Part shown: piece after piece, positions 1 through 12,555 of the stretch
Numbering within the stretch: the stretch's first letter is position 1
How the letters are laid out: every line of letters begins with the position of its first letter
Assembly: GCA_030324005.1 (NCBI GenBank)
Contig: JARDVH010000001.1
Coordinates: forward strand, 90,525,687-90,589,686
Length of the DNA: 64,000 bases
Reading direction: 5' to 3'
Source: Negaprion brevirostris
Taxonomy: Eukaryota
Notes under the pieces: generated by a model
The model's database searches: none
Seen by the model: the letters and a program-made list of their open reading frames with translations, nothing else
What the model was told of the DNA's origin: nothing
Program-made: the position numbers and the translations under genes

Positions 1-625
1 CGACTAAAGTAGGCAGATGTTTTAGGCATCCAGTAGTGGTTCTCATTAAAAAATAGTGACAGTTGCATTATCATCGATAATAAGGTTATCAAATTGCCGA
101 CCACATTTAGTGGTTATTACTGACTTCTTATTGCCAGACAAATAAGTTAAAATTGATGCCAGAATATGTAGATTAAGAAACTGGCTATTCAGTTTATCCT
201 ACGTCCCATGTCACTATTCAGAATAGAGGGGAGAGTTCTCTGTGTCCTGTTGCAAACCTCTCCCTCAATTATTTTAACTGCAAACAGAGAAACAGATAAT
301 TTATTTAATTGATGTTTGTGGGATCTTTCTATTTGAAAAGTTGTTTCCACAGACAGGGTTTTACAAGTGGCTGGATTACCTGCCCTACTGGTGAAACTCA
401 CCCCCACTCTAGTGAGCTGCTATTTAATGCTCTGAGAGAAGGGTCATCTGACCCTATCTGGAGAGGAAGTTCCACTTCTTATTGGTTAGCAGTTCTCTGG
501 TTCCAACAGTACCACCAGAAATGTCCAGGCCCAATGAAGAACAGCCAGTACCTGGGTGTAAGGTAAGTTGGAATGGTTCTCGGTGGGGTTGGGACAGAAG
601 GCTTTATGTAGAAAGCCTTGAAAGA

Positions 626-1028
626 ATATGAAAAAAGACTGGATTGACTGGACTTATACTCACTGGACTTTAGAAGAATGAGAGGGGATCTCACCAAAAT
701 ATAAAGGCTAGATGTGGGAAGAATGTTCCTGATGTTCGAGAAGAACAGAACTAGGGCTCGCAGCCTAAGAATAAGAGGTAAACCATTCAGGAGATGAGGA
801 AGAACTTCTTCACTCAGAGTTGTGAACCTGTGGAATTCTCTACCACAGAAAGCTGTTTGGGTCAGTTCGCTTGATAGGCTCAATATGGCCCTTGCGGTTA
901 AAGGGATCAAGGGATATGGAGAGAAAGTGGGAGTGGGATACTGAAAGTGCATGATCAGCTATGATATATTGAATGGTGGTGCAAGCTTGAAGGATCGATT
1001 GACCTACTCCTGCACCTATTTTCTCTGT
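626..1028 (+). mobile_element. CR1-clade LINE 3' end (decayed)
   Basis: Contains ttagaagaatgagaggggatctc (RRMRGDL), ttcttcactcagag.ttgtgaacctgtggaattctct (FFTQRVVNLWNSL) and the 3'UTR ...cctactcctgcacctattttct. Confidence 0.85.
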
Positions 1029-1612
1029 TGGTTTGGGGATGATGGAGGGAGGGAGTGATAAAATGAGGGGTGGGGCTGGGGCGCATAGGGAACATCTGTG
1101 TGAGGGATGGTACACCTTGGGGGATGCCATCTAATTAGAAAAGGGGGCCTACGAAGCAGGTAATATCTCCTTTCCTTCACAATGCCCGAGCAGACTGCTG
1201 AACTTCCCACCCATCACTGACCTCCTCCCACCAGCTGAAAATTGCAGCTAGGTGAAAAGTAGCCTGAATTTGCATGACAGCTGGCCTGAGGCCTCAACTG
1301 CCAGCAATTAAATCATGGCCAAGTCTAAGAAAATAGACAGCAGGAAAGGCATCAACTGAATTTTACGCACATCCCCACCTGAAAATCTGTATGCAGGAAA
1401 GGGTAAAATTTTGCCCCATGTTTGCCTTTTCAAAGCATTTTAAAGTGATTCATTATATGCGAATCACTTTAAGATGTTTCTATATTGAAGTAAGACTTTT
1501 TTTAATGTCCGACAGATGGAAGCCCACTGGATTATGTTATGTATCAAATGTATAATTTGCAATGTTAACTGCAACAAGTGACATACATTATTTTTGCTCC
1601 AATTCTTTCCAG

Positions 1613-1764
1613 TGATAATTATGGTTTCATCACATATCGTTACACCTGTGATGCATTTGCTGCCCTTGAGAATGGACATACTTTGCGAAGATCTAATGAG
1701 CCCTCTTTTGAATTGTGCTTTGGTGGCCGCAGACAGTTCTACAAGTCTAACTATGCAGATCTAG
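1613..1764 (+). CDS. PPARGC1A: PGC-1alpha penultimate coding exon (C-terminal half of RRM), 152 bp
   Basis: Translates to DNYGFITYRYTCDAFAALENGHTLRRSNEPSFELCFGGRRQFYKSNYADL, which matches the PGC-1alpha RRM (YGFITYRYTCDAFAALENG..LRRSNE..FEL.F.GR.QF.KSNYADL). The acceptor is tttttgctccaattctttccAG (1611-1612) and the donor is ctag|GTGAGA (1765). The phase-1 end joins the next exon in frame. Confidence 0.96.
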
Positions 1765-2034
1765 GTGAGATTGCATTAAAACTCAATACCTTTTGTGCTT
1801 TCAAAGATAAAATAGGCATCTGAACAAAACTATAGTTTTGAATAACTATCATTTGCTTGCAGTTTGATTTAGTTATTCANNNNNNNNNNNNNNNNNNNNN
1901 NNNNNNNNNNNNNNNNNNNNNNNNNNNNNNNNNNNNNNNNNNNNNNNNNNNNNNNNNNNNNNNNNNNNNNNNNNNNNNNGCAGTTTGATTTAGTTATTCA
2001 TAAATGTATGTTTGGCCAAGACCATAAATCTTAC

Positions 2035-4845
2035 ATCACAGAATTATTATGTTGCAGAAGAAGGACATTTGGGCCGTCGTCTCTGCACTGACTCTCCAAA
2101 TGAGCACCATTTGCGCCGTTCTCCTGCCTTTTCCCTGTAATCCTATTAATTGTTTCTATTCAAATATTCATCTGATGCTCTCTAGAATGCCTTGATTGAA
2201 CCTGCCTCTACCACACTTCCAGGCAGTGCATTCCAGACCTGAACTACTCAATGTGTGAAAAGGTTTTTTCTTGTGTCGTATTTGCTTCTTTTGCAAATCA
2301 CCTTAAATCTGTGCCCTCTCATTCTTGATCCTTTTACGAGTGGGAACAATTTCTCCCTACGTACTTTGTTTAGCACCCTCATGACTTTGAACAACTCTAC
2401 CATGTCTTCTCTTAGCCTTCTCCTCTCCAAGGAGAACAGTCCGAACTTCTTAAATCTATCTTCATAACTGAAGTTTCTCGTCCCTAGAACCATTCTTCTA
2501 AACCTCTCCTGCTGTCTGTCCAATGCATCTCCATCTTTCTTGAAGTGTGGAGCCCAGCACTGAACACAATACTCCAGCTGATGTCTAACTATTATTTTAT
2601 ACAAGTTCAGCATAACTTCTCAGATTTTGTACTCTATGTCACTATTATTACAGCTCAGCATACTATGTCCTTTATTAACTGCTATCTCCACTTGTTTGCC
2701 ACCTTTAATGACCTATGCACATATACACCCATATCCCTCTGCTGCTGCACACGCATTTATAGTTGTATCTCTTATTTTATATTGTCTCCCCATATTTTTC
2801 CTATCAAAAGGAATTACCTCTCACTCCTCCATATTGAACTTCAACTTCCACCTAGCTGCCGATCCTACCAATTTGTCTACATCTATTTGAAATTCTACAC
2901 TGTCCTCCTCACAGTTTATAACGCTTCCATGTTTTGTATCATCCGCAAACTTTGAAATTGTCCCCTGCACACCAAAATCTAGATCATTAATATGTATCAG
3001 AATTAGTTGCACTACAATCCTTCCTCAAAGAATACCTATTTACTGTTACTTGCTGTTCCCTATTACTCAATCAATTCTGTATCCATATTCCGACTGTCCC
3101 TTTTATTCCAGGAGATATAACTTTTCTCATAGGTCTGTGGTGTGGCACTATATTGAATACTTATTGGAAGTCCATCTTGCCACATCAACAGCATTTCCTT
3201 CATCAGCCCTCTCTGCTACCTCCTTAAAAACACCAGCAAGTTAGTCAAATATGACTTTCCTGTAAGAAATCCATGCTGGCTGTTCATATCAACCATGTGA
3301 ATTCTATCATGAGTAATTGTTTCGAGAAGCTGCCCCTCACCAAAGTTAAACTGACTGGTCTGTACTTGCTAGGCTTATCCTTATGGCTGTTTTTGAACAA
3401 TGGCATCATATTTGCCATCATGTATGAGTGTGGTACCTCTGGCACTTCCCCTATATCGAGGAAGACTGACAGATTTTGGCCAGTGCCCCTGTAATTTCCA
3501 CACTCACTTTCTTCAATATCCTTAGATGCACCTCATCTGGTCCTGATACCTTGTCAACTTTAAGTATGGACAAGCTAATTCAATACCACCTTCTTACCAA
3601 CTTTGAACCCATCTAGTGACATAGTTTCCTCCAATGTCAGCCTGGCCTGGACAGCATCTGCATCCTAGGTAATGACAAATGCAGAGTGTTCATTTAACAT
3701 CTTAACCATGTGCCAAGACTCCAAAGCTGGAATTCTCCAGCCTTTCATGCCCTGCCACTGCTGCCAGCAAGAGTGGAGAATTTGGCACTCAGTCAAATCT
3801 CCATTCACTGCCACATGAGGGGCGAATCCTGGTTGCGGGTAGGGTCAGAGGATTCAGCCTCATGTCTTTGCGCATCTTTTAGGCCCCTAATTGGCCCTAC
3901 TCCTCCTTTTACCACTATTTTACTATCTATATGTCTATCGTAAACTTTGATGTTTCCCTTGAATTTGGCTGTACTCTGATTTAGTTATTCATAAATTGCA
4001 GTTTGATTTAGTTATTCATAAATGTATGTTTGGCCAAGACCATAAATCTTACATCACAGAATTATTATGTTGCANNNNNNNNNNNNNNNNNNNNNNNNNN
4101 NNNNNNNNNNNNNNNNNNNNNNNNNNNNNNNNNNNNNNNNNNNNNNNNNNNNNNNNNNNNNNNNNNNNNNNNNNNNNNNNNNNNNNNNNNNNNNNNNNNN
4201 NNNNNNNNNNNNNNNNNNNNNNNNNNNNNNNNNNNNNNNNNNNNNNNNNNNNNNNNNNNNNNNNNNNNNNNNNNNNNNNNNNNNNNNNNNNNNNNNNNNN
4301 NNNNNNNNNNNNNNNNNNNNNNNNNNNNNNNNNNNNNNNNNNNNNNNNNNNNNNNNNNNNNNNNNNNNNNNNNNNNNNNNNNNNNNNNNNNNNNNNNNNN
4401 TCATAATCTCTCTTTGCTGGTTCTCAGTTGTATTTTCTACCTTATACCTGTGAATGCTTCTTCTTTTTCTTAAGTTCTATCTCCCTTCTCATCCAAGAGT
4501 TCTGGATTTGTTTGCCCTATCTTTCCCTTTTGAAATGATATATCTTGATGATGCCTGAACTATTTCTTTTTTGAAAGTAGTCTTTTGTTCAGCCACAGCT
4601 TTTCTTGCCAACATTTTGTTCCAAACTATCTCGTCCAGCTCTGTTCTTGCCCCATTGAAATCTGCTGTCCCCAAATTAATTATTCTTACTGTGGATTGCT
4701 CTTTGTCCCTTTTTATTGTCAACTTAAACTTTAGGACAGAATGAACACAATCTCCTAAATGTTTCCCCGCTGACACTTGATCTATCTGGCCTATCTCACT
4801 TCCAAGATCCAGGTCAAGCAGTACCTTCTTTCATGTTGGACTGAA
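2035..4845 (-). mobile_element. CR1 LINE, decayed ORF2 (RT and upstream linker), interrupted by a MITE and a gap
   Basis: Minus-strand ORFs include LYKIIVRHQLEYCVQCWAP...RRRLREDM (2248-2613), INDLDFGVQGTISKFADDTK (2821-3012) and DHCVLKF-like..ADFNGARTEL (4489-4776). Confidence 0.9.
3725..3861. mobile_element. Short Harbinger-type MITE inserted in CR1
   Basis: Termini gctggaattctcc ... gaggattcagcc. The interior ggagaatttggc..caaatctccattcactg is shared with the copy at 6153-6285. Confidence 0.6.
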
Positions 4846-4849
4846 CTTG

Positions 4850-5246
4850 GAACATAGAACATGGAACATAGAACACTACGGCACAAACAGGCCCTTCGGC
4901 CCATAAGTTACGCCGATCATATCCATACCTACCAGGCCTATCTATAACTCTCAATCCCACCAAATCCCATGTATTCATCCAGAAGTCTCTTAAAAGACCC
5001 CAGCGAATTCGCCTCTACTACCACCGACGGCAGCCGATTCCACTCAGTCACCACCCTCTGAGTGAAAAACTTACCCCTGATGTCTCCTCTGTACCTGCTC
5101 CCCAGCACCTTAAACCTGTGTCCTCTTGTAGCGACCATTTCAGCCCTGGGAAATAACCTCCAAGAAGCCACCCTATCTATACCTCTCAACATTTTATTAA
5201 CCTCTATCAGGTCACCTCTCAATCTTCCACCCTGAAGCTATCCTTA
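4850..5246 (-). mobile_element. Relatively young CR1 3' end with microsatellite-like tail
   Basis: ORF MRGDLIEVNKMLRGIDRV...TRGHRFKV...FFTQRVVTEWNRLP with tail (gaacata)n. Same subfamily as 37108-37655. Confidence 0.9.
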
Positions 5247-6152
5247 ANNNNNNNNNNNNNNNNNNNNNNNNNNNNNNNNNNNNNNNNNNNNNNNNNNNNN
5301 NNNNNNNNNNNNNNNNNNNNNNNNNNNNNNNNNNNNNNNNNNNNNNNNNNNNNNNNNNNNNNNNNNNNNNNNNNNNNNNNNNNNNNNNNNNNNNNNNNNN
5401 NNNNNNNNNNNNNNNNNNNNNNNNNNNNNNNNNNNNNNNNNNNNNNNNNNNNNNNNNNNNNNNNNNNNNNNNNNNNNNNNNNNNNNNNNNNNNNNNNNNN
5501 NNNNNNNNNNNNNNNNNNNNNNNNNNNNNNNNNNNNNNNNNNNNNNNNNNNNNNNNNNNNNNNNNNNNNNNNNNNNNNNNNNNNNNNNNNNNNNNNNNNN
5601 NNNNNNNNNNNNNNNNNNNNNNNNNNNNNNNNNNNNNNNNNNNNNNNNNNNNNNNNNNNNNNNNNNNNNNNNNNNNNNNNNNNNNNNNNNNNNNNNNNNN
5701 NNNNNNNNNNNNNNNNNNNNNNNNNNNNNNNNNNNNNNNNNNNNNNNNNNNNNNNNNNNNNNNNNNNNNNNNNNNNNNNNNNNNNNNNNNNNNNNNNNNN
5801 NNNNNNNNNNNNNNNNNNNNNNNNNNNNNNNNNNNNNNNNNNNNNNNNNNNNNNNNNNNNNNNNNNNNNNNNNNNNNNNNNNNNNNNNNNNNNNNNNNNN
5901 NNNNNNNNNNNNNNNNNNNNNNNAAGTACTCCGTTATGTATAAAAAGTTCATTTGTCAAACAGCTAAGGATAAGTTTGAAAATAAGTTGGCAATAACTAA
6001 AGCCAATATTAGGAATGTGGGTAATTATCATGTTGGTCACCAGAATTCTACTGAGAGTCAAAGAATAACTAAGAACTATATTGGTCCTTTGAGGATTGTC
6101 AGGGTGGCGTATGTTTGAGGATCAAGATATGCCAAAAAAACAAAATAATTTA

Positions 6153-6285
6153 GGGGCATGATCTTACTGGCCATTCACACCACACTCCTGCTGCAATGAA
6201 GTCAGAGAATTTGGCGACCAAATTTTCATTCACTGTGACGGGATGGGAAATCCCACCAGCGTGAACGATGGTAAGGTTCCAGCCT
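6153..6285. mobile_element. Short Harbinger-type MITE
   Basis: Imperfect terminal inverted repeats ggggcatgatcttac / gtaaggttccagcc. The interior resembles 3725-3861. Confidence 0.6.
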
Positions 6286-6764
6286 AGGACTAAAAGTCAG
6301 TGCCCCTACTACTGCCACTCTAGCATAGCAGTGCAGGAAATGGGCAAGAAATTGCGACAGGATGCAGAAATGCAGGATTCTGGTTTCTGCTGGGACTTTA
6401 GATCGAGAATCACTAAGTCACTGTTTAAAGTTTCTGATGATCTGTTGGTGCAGAACATCTGTCCCTAGCTCATCCCAAACATGGGTCCTGATATTGTAGG
6501 ATGTGGGTCCACAGGAATTTTGTTGCCTGGCCGGGGACACATCAGGCATCCTGTACAAACAGGCCTGAATTTTCAGAAAGGCAGAGAGCCTCTTCATTAT
6601 CACAAAAACAGTAGAGAAGGCCTAGATATGGAAGTCTAGCCCCTGAACATTGTACCTACCATTTTCACAGAGTTGGATGGGGGATGGGGTAGATGGAATT
6701 GGGATGAACTCTATGGGCCGAATTTTCTGCTCACCTCTCCCCCACCTGTTTTCTGGCAGTGCAG

Positions 6765-6872
6765 GGGAGGCAATGACCTAGTGGGTTTATGGCTGGACTA
6801 TTAATCCAGAAACTCAGCTAATGTTCTGGGGACCCAGGTTTGAATCCCGCCACAGCAGATGGTGGAATTTGA
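6765..6872 (+). mobile_element. 5' head of a tRNA-derived SINE (same family as 9367-9724), running into a gap
   Basis: ggggaggcaatgacctagtgg...ctattaatccaga...ggtttgaatcccgccacagcagatggtggaatttga, with A- and B-box-like motifs. Confidence 0.8.
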
Positions 6873-6972
6873 NNNNNNNNNNNNNNNNNNNNNNNNNNNN
6901 NNNNNNNNNNNNNNNNNNNNNNNNNNNNNNNNNNNNNNNNNNNNNNNNNNNNNNNNNNNNNNNNNNNNNNNN

Positions 6973-7245
6973 CCCTTTATCATATAACTCCCCCCTACAT
7001 TATTTCTGCCAAAATGCATCACCTCACATTTATCAGGATTAAATTCCATTTGCCATTTATCTGCCCAATATACCGGCCTATCTATATCCCATTGTATTGC
7101 CTGACACTGCTCCTCACTGCCCACCAATCCAGCCATCTTAGTATCAAATGCAAATTTGCTGATCACACCACTTACTCCCTCTTCCAAGTCATTTATGTAT
7201 AGTACAAATAGAAGAGGTCCCAGTACTGAGCCCTGCGGCACACCA
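6973..7245 (-). mobile_element. CR1 reverse transcriptase fragment
   Basis: PQGSVLGPLLFVLYINDL...SKFAFDTK...WADKWQMEFNPDKCEVMHFG. Confidence 0.9.
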
Positions 7246-7249
7246 GTTT

Positions 7250-7912
7250 CTTACGTGCTATACAGACAAAGCAGACTGTTCATAGAGAAGGAAACGAGAG
7301 ATTGAAAAATGTAGTGTTATAGTCATAGCTAGGGTGTAGGGAAAGATCAACTTAATGCAAGGTAGGTCCATTCAAATGTCTGACAGTAGCAGGGGAGCTG
7401 TTCTTGAATCGGTTCGCACGTAACCTCAGACTTTTGTGTCTTTTTCCCAAAGGAAGGTGGTGGAAGAGAGAATGCCCGGGGTGCGTGGGGTTCATAATCA
7501 TGCTGGCTGCTTTGCTGAGGCAGTGGGGAGTGTAGACAGAGTCATGGATGGGAGGCTGGTTTACATGATGCACTGGGCTACACGCACAACCTTTTGTAGT
7601 TTCTTGCGGTCTTAGGCAGAGCAGGAGCCATTTCAAGCTGTGATACAGGCAGGAAGAATGCTTTCCAGGGTGCATTGTAAAAGTTTGAGAGAGGCATAGC
7701 TGACATGCAAAATTTCTTTAGTCTTCTGAGAAAGTAGAGGCATTGGTGTGCTTTCTTAACTATAGTGTCGGTATGAGGGGACCGGGACAGGTTGTTGGTG
7801 ATCTGGACACCTAAAAACGATCCTTTCTACTTCATCCCCGTTGATGTGGACAGGGGCATGATCTCCAATATGCTTCCTGAAGTCGATGATAAACTCCTTA
7901 GTTTTTGTTAAG
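7250..7912 (-). mobile_element. Rex1/Babar-type LINE 3' fragment
   Basis: KTKEFIIDFRK...PVHINGDEVER and CLSKAASMIMNPTHPGHSLFHHLPLGKR...NRFKNS, typical of the Rex1/Babar ORF C-terminus. Homologous to 34505-34840. Confidence 0.75.
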
Positions 7913-7914
7913 AG

Positions 7915-9362
7915 AGAGATTATTACATTCACCTTTATCCTCAACATACATAAGTCCTTCAAAGAACTCAAATAAATTGGTTAAACATGGTTTCCCTTTC
8001 ACAAAATCATTTAACTTTGCCTGACTGCTTTGAATTTTTCTAAGTGCCCTACCAAAGCACCTTTAATAACAGTTTCTCACATTTTTCCCTGAGACAAATA
8101 TTCAGCTAACTGGCCTGCAGTTTCCCACTTCCTGTCTCCCTTCTTTTTTCAAGAAAGGAGTTGGATTTGCCACTTTTCAATCTAACGGAACCGTCCCTGA
8201 ATCCAAGGAATTTTTAAAAATAAAACCAACAGATCATCTATCTCACTAGTCACTTCTTTTAAGACCGTAGGGAGAAGTCCATTCAGATTCAGGGATTTAT
8301 CAGGCAGTAGCCCTAACAATTTGTTCAATACCATTTCTTCCTTCCCTTCCATTTCCCAATTTAGTTATCTCTGGGAGATTACTGGAGTCTTTTGTCATTC
8401 TGATGCAAAATACTCACTCAATTCTTCAACACCTCCCCGCTTACCACCATCAACTCCCCAGATGCACTTTCTATAGCAATGCTCACTTTAATTATTTTCT
8501 TACTAAAATATCTGTAGAAATTCTCACTATGTCCTTATATTTCTAGCTAATATTTTCTCAAACTCTAGCTTTTCCCTCCTCATGAATCTTTTTGTCATTC
8601 TTTGCTGTTCTTTATACCGACCTAACACCCGTCTTTGAATAATTAAATGCTTCTTTTTATACCAACTGTAACATTTTTAGTGTGGATCCCTCCCTTGGAA
8701 TATTTCTCTCACTGGAATGCATTTATTCTGTATATTCTGAAATAACACCTCAAATGTCTGCCACTGCATCTTGATCGACTTAACACTAATCAGTTGACTC
8801 TAGCCAGCTCTACTTTCATGCCTTCATAATCATCTTTATTTAAGCTTAAAATACTATTCATCAATACACTCTTCTCTCCTCCAAATTGAATGTAAAATCC
8901 AATCATATTTTGATCACAGCTGTTATGAGATTATCAACTAGTCCTATCGCGTTGTACAATACCAGGTCTCGTATAGCTTGCTCTCTGTTGTCTCCAGAAA
9001 GTGCTTTCTAAGAAACTATCCCAAAAACATTTTTTTTAATGAACTCCTCTATGTTACCCTTCACACGCCTGATTTTTTCCATATATATGTAGATTTCATT
9101 CCCTCATGATTATCATTGTACTTCTGACATTATCTGCTCTTCTACATTCTGTCCTATTATACACAAATAGGGGTCCTGTACACTGCTCTCCTGGTGTCTT
9201 CTTGCTTTCATGAGTTCACATCTTAACCCAAACTTGTTTCGTATCCTCGTTTCCTGAATTTGCGGCAATCCTCTCCAATGTGCAAATCCCATTATAATTA
9301 ACAGAGCCGTCCTTCCACCTTTTCCTAATTTCCTGTCCTTCCTAAATGTCATACATCCTTCA
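7915..9362 (-). mobile_element. Old CR1 LINE fragment (endonuclease to RT N-terminus)
   Basis: TFRKDRKLGKGGRTALLI (APE endonuclease motif, 9113-9352) and a RT-like start gttaaacatggtttccctttcacaaaatc (KGKPCLTN on the minus strand). Confidence 0.75.
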
Positions 9363-9366
9363 ATGT

Positions 9367-9724
9367 GGGGAGGCGATGACCTAGTGGTATTATCGCTCGA
9401 CTATTAATCCAGAAACCCTGAAAATGTTCTGGGATCCTGGGTTCGAATCCATCACGGCAGCTGGTGGAATTCAAATTCAATTAAAAAAATCTGGAATAAG
9501 GGTCTACTGATGACCATGAAACCATTGTCAATTGTTCTACAAACACATCTGGTTCATTAACATCCTTTATGGAAGGAAATCTGCTGTCCTTACTTGGTCT
9601 GGCCTACATGTGACTCCAGAGCCACAGCAATGTGGTTGACTCTCAACTGCCGTCAGGCAACTAGGGATGGGCAATAAATGCTGGCTAGCTAGTGGTGCCC
9701 ATGTCCTATGAACGAATAAAAAAA
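9367..9724 (+). mobile_element. Full-length tRNA-derived SINE with a probable Meta-type central domain
   Basis: tRNA-like head (ggttcgaatcc B-box), core ctggttca..aa..tccttta.ggaaggaaatctgc.gtccttac.tggtctggcctacatgtgactccaga and tail gggcaataaatgctggc...gaataaaaaaa. The superfamily name is from recall. Confidence 0.8.
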
Positions 9725-10208
9725 TGGCAACTTACCATTGGCAGCTGGCAAGATCTTCCAGTTCCAACAATGTCTTTGACATTTTATTTGTCATGCACAT
9801 CCCACCTCTGGACAATCAGCCGAGGAGGTTGACTTTCAATGGAACCAGAAATTCACGCCTTACGTTGCACATTCATGGTTTATGGAGGTAACTGCACTCC
9901 TCAGGCTGATCTGATTTTTTTTGTAATGGGATGTTAAATGGGACTTGTACACTTTAGCCCTGGTACTAGAAGATCTCAAAATACCAGACTTCTTTAGCTT
10001 GGTATGGTATTCTTTTGGCTATGGCCCTGGGACTACTTTAGGAATGGTTTGATGTCTTTTGGGAGAGGTAATGTACCCTTTATGATTGTTAACAGTTGAA
10101 TGTAAAAAGTACATTTACTCATTATAACTGACAAGAGAGTCATCAAAAGGAATTACCAACGTAGCTTTCAAAATGAGCTGACATTGGGAACTAGCAAAAT
10201 GAGCTGTC

Positions 10209-10380
10209 ATGATGTGGAGATGCCGGCGCTGGACTGGAGTAAACACAATAAGAAGTCTCACAACACCAGGTTAAAGTCCAACAAGTTTATTTGATAGTAA
10301 ACCCCACGAGCTTTTGGAACACTGTTCCTTCATCAGGTGAGTGGAAAGTTCTGTTCAGAGAAGGGCATATAAAGGCACAC
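10209..10380 (-). mobile_element. Penelope-like element pLTR fragment with hammerhead ribozyme motif
   Basis: The minus strand reads cacCTGATGAaggaacagtgttccAAAAgctcgtg...aataaacttgttggactttaacctggtgttgtgagac...ccggcatctccacatca. Confidence 0.75.
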
Positions 10381-11179
10381 ACAGTTAAATTAGTGCATGC
10401 AATGCAAAATTAGTGCATGACCGATTTCATGAGCTTTCATTATCACAATGGGTGCCTGTCAGTTCACAGTTTGACAGCGCCAGGTGATTATGAATTCTTT
10501 GAAATGGGACTATGAATTCCACTGCTTGTTTTTATAGTGAGTTAATAGTTGGGTACAGAGACAGATTGTTAAGGAGTGTATGAGGAGTCAGTGGGGTAGG
10601 TCAAGATCATGAGGTGACATGGTTTGACATGGATGGAGTGAGGAGTGTGAGGGCTGGAGGGCTTTCTTGTTTTTGCCTTTTATCTCCTTGCTTCAACAAA
10701 GTGCTGGTGTACCAAAGCATGCCTAATGTCCTGCCACCACCATACCTTGCAGCCTCTTTCCAACTATTTCCAATGTTGCCTGTCACAACTCTCATAAAAC
10801 CTGCCCTCCAGAAATGAAAATCCAAAGATATGGAGGACTTTTTCTTGGGTTGACTTTGCAGAGCCAGGAATAGTCCTTACTCTACACTCCCATTCCAGTG
10901 CAAAAAACTCAGGTCGCAGTTCAATAACATGACAAACATGGGGTCCTGTACTGTGATTTGTTCTGGATTCACAATGGAAATTCTGGCATTCTGAGGAAAT
11001 TATCCCTTTTAAAAACTACTTGTCACCAAGGCCATTAGTTGAAGAACGTGTGGATGTCCAGCACTGCATCATCCAGGCTTCCTTTTGTGTCTGTCGCCCA
11101 GTTAATTCAGATAATGTAGGTGGGTTCCAGATCTATTAACATAAGGTAGATTAATGCATTCATGTGCAGCAAATCATAA

Positions 11180-11650
11180 ATAATATGGAAAGTGTGGTGA
11201 TGTTCATATGGATATGAAATTTCAGGCATGTTGGGCATCATTCAGGGCACAATTAAGGGATGAAGGGGAAGAGTGGGGGTAATAGTCGATCACTTATATA
11301 GGCATGAGATGGCTTTAGGGAAAGTCAATAAAGTTTTAAGTTGCTCAGCTAGGTCCATTGAGTACAAATCTTTACTTAATTTAATTAATTTACTTATTTT
11401 ATACTATAGTATGTCTGAAAAGATGTGCTCAGAATTAATTCCGATTAGTGGTAAAGGATATTGAGGTTCAGAGAGACTAATCAGAATGATATTAAATCTT
11501 AAGACTTCATACTTATGAGGTAAATGCCAACATTTAGCTTTATTCAGTTAGGAAAAATGCAGGCCAGGAGGGCTTTTTTTGAATGAAGGAAATAATTTTA
11601 AACTGGATAGAGTTGGGATGTGGGCAACTGCTGAATATCATCTTAAACCA
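11180..11650 (+). mobile_element. Very old CR1 RT C-terminal remnant
   Basis: GKVNKVLSCSARSIEYKS...ILYYS resembles CR1 KANxMLGxIxRxIEYKS..LY.SLVRP. Confidence 0.5.
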
Positions 11651-12419
11651 TTCTCTTACTGTCATTTTAAAACTACTATGAGTGGGATCGTTTAATCCTG
11701 CCACTGGTCAGATCAGAAATTCCTACCCATAGACAACAGACTTTTGGCTGCTCTTCAAATTTTCCAATCCCACCCACAGCACTTCCCATCATGGGCGGGA
11801 GTGGAAAATCCTGACTTTCTTATCTGTAAGAACAGAGGTTCAATATTATCATTTAAAATACTTAATTTTTAATTTCATAAATCAGATTCAAACAAAATGC
11901 CTACACCCACTTCAATTAAAATTAATTAATTTAGACTCATTAATTCATGCTTTTGTGTTGTATACACACACCATGTCAATTGGAACATAATTTAAACAAT
12001 AATTACAAAAGCTATTCTAAATATTTTCTTTTAGGTAAGAAACACAAAAAAGAATCATGTTTATTCTTATATTCCACAGCTCTGTTTGTAAGTATTTCTG
12101 GGGTTGATTATCTGAATTTTGGAGAAGGTGGCCAACTAAGGTGAGGGTGAAATGAATGTAATTTTAGTCATGTGCCTGGCAGGTGACACCATGTTGGACG
12201 ATGAAAGAGGTGTGAAATTCAGTTTAGGACGGCAGGTTCGGGGTGAAAACGAATAGAAAAGTTATAGAAGTAACAAAAACAAGAGCCAGATAGTCTATCC
12301 ATGAGTCCTGTACACTTTGGCCTATGATGGGGTCCATCCCATCTTTTTAAGCCCAGTGAAGGAAAATTTTGCAAAAATGCTCTGTTTCCCAAAAGAACAC
12401 AAGGAAATTATTCCAGTAA

Positions 12420-12555
12420 AAAAAAATGCAAAATACTGTGGATGCTGGAGCTCTGACATAGAAACAACAGTGCTGGAAAAAAGTCAGCAGGTCTGGTAAC
12501 CCCTGTGGAAAGAGAAACAGAGTTAACATTTCAAGTCCAATATGACTTCTAAACT
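12420..12555 (-). mobile_element. Penelope-derived short repeat (degenerate hammerhead end)
   Basis: gcaaaatactgtggatgctgga...gtgctggaaaa..tcagcaggtctgg..c..ctgtgga.agagaaacagagttaacatttcaagtcc. Same family as 35363, 48918 and 56011. Confidence 0.7.

Noticed and set aside
1-1612. The preceding PPARGC1A exon (EERRVIYVGKI...)
   Set aside because: No such translation was found here. It must lie upstream of the window.
1578-1823. 81-aa ORF taken as a standalone gene or intron-retention isoform
   Set aside because: Only 1613-1764 matches PGC-1alpha, and it is bounded by canonical splice sites. The flanks are intronic read-through with no clear poly(A) signal.
1858-4074. Exact ~76-bp direct repeat (1980-2055 and 3998-4074) plus shorter copies, apparently flanking the CR1 like a long TSD or LTR
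   Set aside because: The copies abut N gaps and are identical although the CR1 is old. They include the CR1 tail itself, and the CR1 continues beyond the gap at 4401. This is most likely a gap-filling or assembly artefact.
9367-9460. tRNA genes suggested by A/B-box motifs (also 15642, 31646, 39170 and others)
   Set aside because: Each continues into SINE core and tail sequence and lacks a complete cloverleaf. They are SINE heads.
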